Of a stretch of 64,000 bases of DNA, positions 58,738-64,000 are shown piece after piece. Numbering within the stretch: the stretch's first letter is position 1; every line of letters starts with the position of its first letter. The stretch covers positions 7 to 64,006 of the forward strand of contig JANQKY010000114.1 in the NCBI GenBank assembly GCA_028280885.1. Reading direction: 5' to 3'. Origin of the DNA: Tepidamorphus sp. (GTDB taxonomy: Bacteria; Pseudomonadota; Alphaproteobacteria; Rhizobiales; Tepidamorphaceae). A model generated the notes under the pieces. That model worked only from the letters and a program-made list of their open reading frames with translations. It did not search any database and had not been told where the DNA came from. The position numbers and the translations under genes were made by a program.

Positions 58738-60990
58738 ATGACCGAACTGGACCGCGACCTGCTCACCGCCAACCATTGGGGCACTTACCGCGTCGATGTC
58801 GATGACGGGCGGGTGACGGGCCTGCGCGACTTCGAGCAGGACGGCGATCCCTCGCCGATCGGCCACGGCATCATCGACGTGCTGGAAGGACCGACGCGCA
58901 TCACCGCGCCGATGGTGCGCAAAAGCTGGCTCGAAGGCGGACCGGGCACGGCGGGCGAGAAACGCGGCGAAGACGACTTCGTCGCGGTCTCCTGGGAGGA
59001 GGCGAACCGGCTGGTGGCCGGCGAACTCGACCGCGTCCGCCGCGAGCATGGCAACGAGGCGATCTATGCCGGCTCCTATGGCTGGGCCAGCGCCGGGCGG
59101 TTTCACCACGCGCAAAGCCAGCTCAAGCGGTTCCTGAACTGCATCGGCGGCTATACCGATTCCAAAAACACCTATTCCTTCGCCGCCGCTGAAGTGGTGG
59201 TGCCGCGTGTGCTCGGCACCTTTCGCGGCCATCTCGACAGGAGCACGAGCTGGGAGACGATCGCCACCGATTGCGACCTGTTCGTCGCCTTTGGCGGGGT
59301 GCCGCTGAAGAACGGCCAGATCAGCCCGGGCGGCGTCGGCGCGCATGTCCAGAAGGCCGGATTGACCACGGCCCGCAAGGCCGGCGTCGATTTCGTCAAC
59401 GTCTCGCCGATCCGAAGCGACCTTTTGGACACGGTGGAGGCTAACTGGCTGGCGCTCCGGCCGGGCACCGACGTCGCGCTGATGCTGGCGCTGGCGCATG
59501 TGCTGGTGAGCGAGGGTCTGCAGGACCAGGCCTTCCTTGATCGCTACACTGTCGGCTTCGATCGCTTCGCCGCCTATGTCCGGGGCGAGACGGACGGCAT
59601 CGCCAAGACGCCGGACTGGGCGGCGGAGATCTGCGAAATTCCGGCGGAGACACTGCGCGACCTCGCCCGCCGCATGGCGACGAGCCGCACGATGATCTCG
59701 GTCGCCTGGGCGCTGACCCGGCAGGATCACGGCGAGCAGCCGTTCTGGACGGCGATCACGCTTGCCGCGATGCTCGGCCGGATCGGTCTGCCGGGCGCGG
59801 GGATCGGCTTCGGCTACTCGGCGATGAACAATACCGGCCTGGCCCGCCGGCCGATGCACTATGCGTCCTTTCCGCAGGGGCGGAACCCGGTGAAAAGCTT
59901 CATCCCGGTCGCCCGGGTCACCGAGATGCTGGAGAGCCCGGGGGCGCCGTTCGACTATGACGGCGAGCGCCACAGCTATCCGGATATCCGCCTTGTCTGG
60001 TGGGCCGGCGGCAATCCGTTTCACCATCACCAGGACCTCAACCGGATGCGCAAGGCCTGGGCGAAGCCGGAGACGATCATCGTCAACGAATGGTGCTGGA
60101 ACGCGCTTGCCAGGCATGCCGATATCGTCCTGCCCTGCACCACGGCGCTGGAACGCGCCGACATCGCCATGTCGCCCAAGGACCCGTTCCTGGTGTCGAT
60201 GGACAAGGCCATCGATCCGGTCGGCCAGGCGCGCGACGACCACGAGATCTTTCGCGGCATCGCTGCTCAAATGGGCGTCGAGGCGGCCTTCACCGAGGGC
60301 CGCAGCGCCGAAGAGTGGCGGCGCTGGCTGTGGGACGTGTCGCGCCAGCAGGCTGCCCGCGAGGGCGTCGAACTGCCCGACTGGCAGGCCTTCCAGCGCG
60401 ACGGCTGGTTCAAGGTGCCGGCACCCGAGGCGCCGACCGTGATGATGGACGCCTTCCGCGCCGACCCTGAGGCCAATCCGCTCGCCACGCCGAGCGGCCG
60501 CATCGAAATCTACTCGGAGACGATCGCGGGCTTCGGCTATGGGGATTGCCCCGGCCACCCGGCCTGGATGGAGCCGGCCGAATGGCTCGGCAAGGCCGAG
60601 CCGGATCAGCTCCACATGATCTCCAACCAGCCGCACAACAAGCTGCATAGCCAGCTCGATCACGGCTCGGTCAGCCAGGCGCATCGGCCCAAGGGGGTCG
60701 AGCCGGTCACCATGCATCCGGACGACGCGGCAGCGCGCGGTCTGTCGGAGGGTCAGATCGTCCGCATCCACAACGCCCGCGGCGCCTGCCGCGCCGAACT
60801 GCGGTTGAGCGACACGATCCGCCCCGGCGTCATCCAGATCGCCACGGGCACCTGGTACGACCCGGACGGCGACACCTGCCTTGCCGGCAATCCGAATACG
60901 CTCACCCTCGACAAGGGCACGTCCTCGCTCGCCCAAGGGCCGATCGCCCATTCCTGCCTGGTCAAGGTCGAGGCGGCCGAGGCCGGCTGA
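58738..60990 (+). CDS. Cytoplasmic Mo-bisMGD S/N-oxide reductase (BisC/TorZ-like)
   Basis: ANHWG, PMVRKSWL, GSYGWASAGRFHHA, TYS Mo-ligand Ser, GGNPFHHHQD, KLHSQLD; no signal peptide. Confidence 0.88.
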   Translation: MTELDRDLLTANHWGTYRVDVDDGRVTGLRDFEQDGDPSPIGHGIIDVLEGPTRITAPMVRKSWLEGGPGTAGEKRGEDDFVAVSWEEANRLVAGELDRVRREHGNEAIYAGSYGWASAGRFHHAQSQLKRFLNCIGGYTDSKNTYSFAAAEVVVPRVLGTFRGHLDRSTSWETIATDCDLFVAFGGVPLKNGQISPGGVGAHVQKAGLTTARKAGVDFVNVSPIRSDLLDTVEANWLALRPGTDVALMLALAHVLVSEGLQDQAFLDRYTVGFDRFAAYVRGETDGIAKTPDWAAEICEIPAETLRDLARRMATSRTMISVAWALTRQDHGEQPFWTAITLAAMLGRIGLPGAGIGFGYSAMNNTGLARRPMHYASFPQGRNPVKSFIPVARVTEMLESPGAPFDYDGERHSYPDIRLVWWAGGNPFHHHQDLNRMRKAWAKPETIIVNEWCWNALARHADIVLPCTTALERADIAMSPKDPFLVSMDKAIDPVGQARDDHEIFRGIAAQMGVEAAFTEGRSAEEWRRWLWDVSRQQAAREGVELPDWQAFQRDGWFKVPAPEAPTVMMDAFRADPEANPLATPSGRIEIYSETIAGFGYGDCPGHPAWMEPAEWLGKAEPDQLHMISNQPHNKLHSQLDHGSVSQAHRPKGVEPVTMHPDDAAARGLSEGQIVRIHNARGACRAELRLSDTIRPGVIQIATGTWYDPDGDTCLAGNPNTLTLDKGTSSLAQGPIAHSCLVKVEAAEAG

Positions 60991-60999
60991 GCGTTCGTG

Positions 61000-62487
61000 T
61001 CAGGCCGTTTCGGGGTTGTTGACGCCGCGCACGTAGGATTTCGTGGCGTCGAAGAACGGCTGATAGTCCCAGTGGTAGCCGTCATTGGTCGACAGCGCCT
61101 CGTGCAGGAAGGCGCGCGTGCGCTTGCTTGCCGCCGCCCGCGCGGTCATCGCCTCCACGTCGTAGCGGCCGAGAAGGCGCTCGCGCAGTTCGGCCCGGAT
61201 CGCCGCATGGGCCGGGTAGCCGGCGAGGCTCACCTGCTCGCCCGGATCGGCGCTCATGTCGAACAGCAGGTCGTCGTGATTGCGCGTCCAGACATATTTC
61301 CAGCGGCCCTTGCGGATGGCCATCCACGGCTCGATGACGCCGGGGCCGTAATATTCGGCGATCGCCTCGTCCTTGACGCTGTCGCTGTCGGCGGTGAGCA
61401 GTCCGAGGAAGCTCGCGCTGTCGGGACTGCCATGGGTGTCGGATATGTCCCTGGCGCCGCCCAGTTCGGCAAGCGTCGGGCAGAGATCGGCGAGCGTCAC
61501 GCATTCCGATCGTCTGCCCGGCGCGAAGCGGGCCGGGCAATGGGCGATCAGCGGCACCTGCAGCGAGCCCTCGTAGAAGGTGCGCTTGAACCACATGCCG
61601 CGCTCGCCCAGCATGTCGCCATGGTCGGAGGTGAACACGATCACGGTGTTGTCGTAGAGCCCGAGATGCTTCAGTTCCGCCACCAACTCGCCGACATAGT
61701 CGTCGAGATGGCTGATCATCGCGTAATAGGCCCGCCGCGACAGGCGGATCGTCTCGTCGTCGGGCGGGAACCGGTCGATGCCGTGATGGATCTTCAGCCA
61801 CTCGGTCGTCGCATGCGGCGTCTCGTCTTCAGGGATCGCCGGCAGCGCGATCTCGACGTCGTCGTAGCGGTCCCAATAGTCGGGGATCGACTGGTAGGAT
61901 TCGTGCGGCTGGGTATAGGAGACGTGCAGGAAGAACGGGTTGTCGGGCTTCTCCAGCGCCTCGTGGCGGAGATATTCGACGGCGCGGAACTGCACTTCCG
62001 TGTCGTAGAGGATCTGGTTGTTGGTGCGGCACAGCCCGCTGACGCCGAGTTTCTTGACCGACGTGCCGGGACGATAGATCGGTCCGAGACCCCAGTCGAT
62101 GGTCCAGTCGAAGCCGGAAGGGTACATATCCGTCGTCAGCCGCCTGTCGAAGCCGTGCAGCTGGTCGGCGCCGATGAAGTGGCACTTGCCGGAGACGACG
62201 CAGCGATAGCCCGCCGCGCGGAGGAAATGCATCATCGTCGGCAGGTCCGAGCGGAATTCCGCGCCGTTGCCCCACACTTCGTGGCTCGACGGCAGCCGGC
62301 CGGTGAATTTCGAGGCGCGCGAGGGACAGCAGATCGGCGAGTTCGAATAGGCGTTCTCGAACACCACGCCGTCGGCCGCGAGCGCGTCGAGATGGGGCGT
62401 CTTCGCCTGTCCATTGGGTGAATAGGTCGACAGGACGAAGGCCGCCATCTGGTCGGCCTCGATCAGGAGGATGTTCGGCTTCATCAT
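61000..62487 (-). CDS. Cys-type sulfatase, choline-sulfatase (BetC)-like
   Basis: PNILLIEADQ, CCPSR formylglycine motif, SGKCHFIGADQLHGF..RLTTDMYP, SDHGDMLGERGMWFK, WDYQP. Confidence 0.85.
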   Translation of the reverse strand: MMKPNILLIEADQMAAFVLSTYSPNGQAKTPHLDALAADGVVFENAYSNSPICCPSRASKFTGRLPSSHEVWGNGAEFRSDLPTMMHFLRAAGYRCVVSGKCHFIGADQLHGFDRRLTTDMYPSGFDWTIDWGLGPIYRPGTSVKKLGVSGLCRTNNQILYDTEVQFRAVEYLRHEALEKPDNPFFLHVSYTQPHESYQSIPDYWDRYDDVEIALPAIPEDETPHATTEWLKIHHGIDRFPPDDETIRLSRRAYYAMISHLDDYVGELVAELKHLGLYDNTVIVFTSDHGDMLGERGMWFKRTFYEGSLQVPLIAHCPARFAPGRRSECVTLADLCPTLAELGGARDISDTHGSPDSASFLGLLTADSDSVKDEAIAEYYGPGVIEPWMAIRKGRWKYVWTRNHDDLLFDMSADPGEQVSLAGYPAHAAIRAELRERLLGRYDVEAMTARAAASKRTRAFLHEALSTNDGYHWDYQPFFDATKSYVRGVNNPETA

Positions 62488-63506
62488 ACCGGCAGTCCCT
62501 TGGCGGTGCGCGCTGCGCGCCGCATCAGCTTGAGCGCGTTGTTGATCGGAGTGGGCGAGGCCTTGCCCTGACCGGCGATGTCATAGGCGGTGCCGTGCGC
62601 CGGGGTGGTGATGGGGAAGGGCAGGCCGCCGAAATAGGTGACGCCCTCGTCGAAGCCGAGCAGCTTCGTCGCGATCTGGCACTGGTCGTGATACATCGAC
62701 ACGACGCCGAGATACCCTTCCTCGCGGACGGTCAGGAAGATCGTGTCGGGCGGATAGGGGCCGCTTGCATCGATCCGCTCGGCGCGGGCCTCTTCGACCG
62801 CCGGGCCGATCGCGTCGATCTCCTCGCGCCCGAACATCCCGCCGTCGCCGTTATGCGGGTTCAGGCCGGATACCGCGATGCGCGGGCTCTCATAGCCGAA
62901 GCGGCGCAGCTCGCGGTCGAAATAGCGGATGATCCGAAGCACGTTGTCGCGGGTGACGAGGGCCGGCACCTCGGCGATCGAGACATGCGAGGAGACGCGC
63001 GTCGTCCACAGCGAGCCGATCGTGTTGATCTCGGCGGCCGTTGCCGTCTCGCCCAGATAGTCGGCGATATAGGCCTTGTAGCCCTCGAAATCTGAGCCGC
63101 CCTTCTTCAGCGACAGCTTGTTGACCGGGGCGAAGACGAAACCGTCGATGACGCCCGCCCGGTAGAGATCGGCGGCATGGCGGCCAAGCGCCAGGTCGAG
63201 TTCGCCGGCCTCGCGTGAGGCCGCGCCGAGCGGCACGCCGCCAAAGCCGGTCGGGTTGTCGTCGACGAGGGCGACGGGCGCGCCCGAAGCGATTGCCGCC
63301 TCGACATCATCGAAGATCGGGATATCGGGCACCGCCCCAGCGATTTCACAACCGGCCTCGAACAGCGCCCGCGGCCCGACGATCAGCCGGACGACGCCCT
63401 TAGTCAGCGCCGGATCGGCGAGCGAGCGGGCGACGAGTTCGGGACCGATCCCGCCGGCGTCGCCGAGGGTGGTGAAGATCACGGGCGTTCGGGTATTGTC
63501 AGTCAT
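62484..63506 (-). CDS. PdxA-family decarboxylating dehydrogenase (divergent)
   Basis: GDAGGIGPE, APVNK, SSH, LNPHNG, GPYPPDT, MYHDQ, HGTAYDIAG; ATG at 63506. Confidence 0.85.
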   Translation of the reverse strand: MTDNTRTPVIFTTLGDAGGIGPELVARSLADPALTKGVVRLIVGPRALFEAGCEIAGAVPDIPIFDDVEAAIASGAPVALVDDNPTGFGGVPLGAASREAGELDLALGRHAADLYRAGVIDGFVFAPVNKLSLKKGGSDFEGYKAYIADYLGETATAAEINTIGSLWTTRVSSHVSIAEVPALVTRDNVLRIIRYFDRELRRFGYESPRIAVSGLNPHNGDGGMFGREEIDAIGPAVEEARAERIDASGPYPPDTIFLTVREEGYLGVVSMYHDQCQIATKLLGFDEGVTYFGGLPFPITTPAHGTAYDIAGQGKASPTPINNALKLMRRAARTAKGLPV

Positions 63507-63999
63507 CGTCCCCTCGGAGCATTTCGGCGGCCTGTTTTTCGCGCCAGCCACCCGCCGCCCTGGCGATGAACGGCCCGCAGATCCCGGCAAGCGACAGGAG
63601 CAGGAAGGTGAGCGCGATCGGCTGCTGCAGGATCGCGAACAGGTTGCCATCATAGATCAGGTAGGACTGCTTCAGCGACGACTCGATCAACTCGCCGAGG
63701 ATCAGCCCCATGACGATCGGCGCCGGCGCATAGCCGTGCCGCCGCATGAAATAGCCCAGAAAGGCGAAACCCAGCATGATGCCGACATCGAACAGGCTCT
63801 GCTGCAGGCTGTAGGAGCCGAGCGCTGCGAGACAGAACACCGCCGGCCAGAGGATCGTGGTCGGGATGAGCGTGATGCGGCTGAAATATCTCGCCCCGAT
63901 CATGCCGAGCGCCAGGAAGCAGATATTTGCACCCAGCATCGCGCCGAACAGCCCGGCCAGCAGGTCCGGCTGCTCGGTGAAGAGCTGCGGGCCCGGCCG
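63499..63999 (-). CDS. Tripartite tricarboxylate transporter TctA, C-terminal part (5' end beyond the window)
   Basis: RPGPQLFTEQPD, LGYFMRRHGYAPAPIVMGLILGELIESSLKQS, QPIA motifs. Confidence 0.85.
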   Translation of the reverse strand, partial: RPGPQLFTEQPDLLAGLFGAMLGANICFLALGMIGARYFSRITLIPTTILWPAVFCLAALGSYSLQQSLFDVGIMLGFAFLGYFMRRHGYAPAPIVMGLILGELIESSLKQSYLIYDGNLFAILQQPIALTFLLLSLAGICGPFIARAAGGWREKQAAEMLRGDDD

Positions 64000-64000
64000 C

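Overview
GC-rich, gene-dense region that looks alphaproteobacterial (Rhizobiales-like). It is made almost entirely of catabolic operons for nitrogen-rich small molecules. In order: (1) sugar-type ABC permeases, SDR, creatininase-family hydrolase and FGGY kinase; (2) putR/putA; (3) a guanidino/amino-alcohol cluster with two ureohydrolases, an APH-type kinase plus class III PLP phospho-lyase pair, a CE4 hydrolase, two SDRs, a NitT/TauT ABC importer and a LysR with an apparent 5' frameshift; (4) a Tat-exported N,N-dimethylformamidase-large-subunit-like enzyme with a porin; (5) a caprolactamase/OplBA-like lactamase with a divergent AraC regulator; (6) a GntR-linked PotABCD-like ABC operon with SDRs, a CE4 hydrolase, a small CxxC protein and a COG0523 GTPase, plus a signal-less SBP paralog; (7) an IclR regulon tied together by a near-identical 22-bp palindromic operator, covering hydantoinase A/B, CoxG, an atypical creatininase, a xanthine-oxidase-family Mo hydroxylase, a BMP-type ABC importer and possibly a DmdA-like demethylase and a BisC-like S/N-oxide reductase; (8) a TctA, PdxA-like and sulfatase operon. 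I saw no rRNA, tRNA, CRISPR array, transposase or integrase. Family calls rest on motifs and recalled homologs, not database searches. All substrates are hypotheses.
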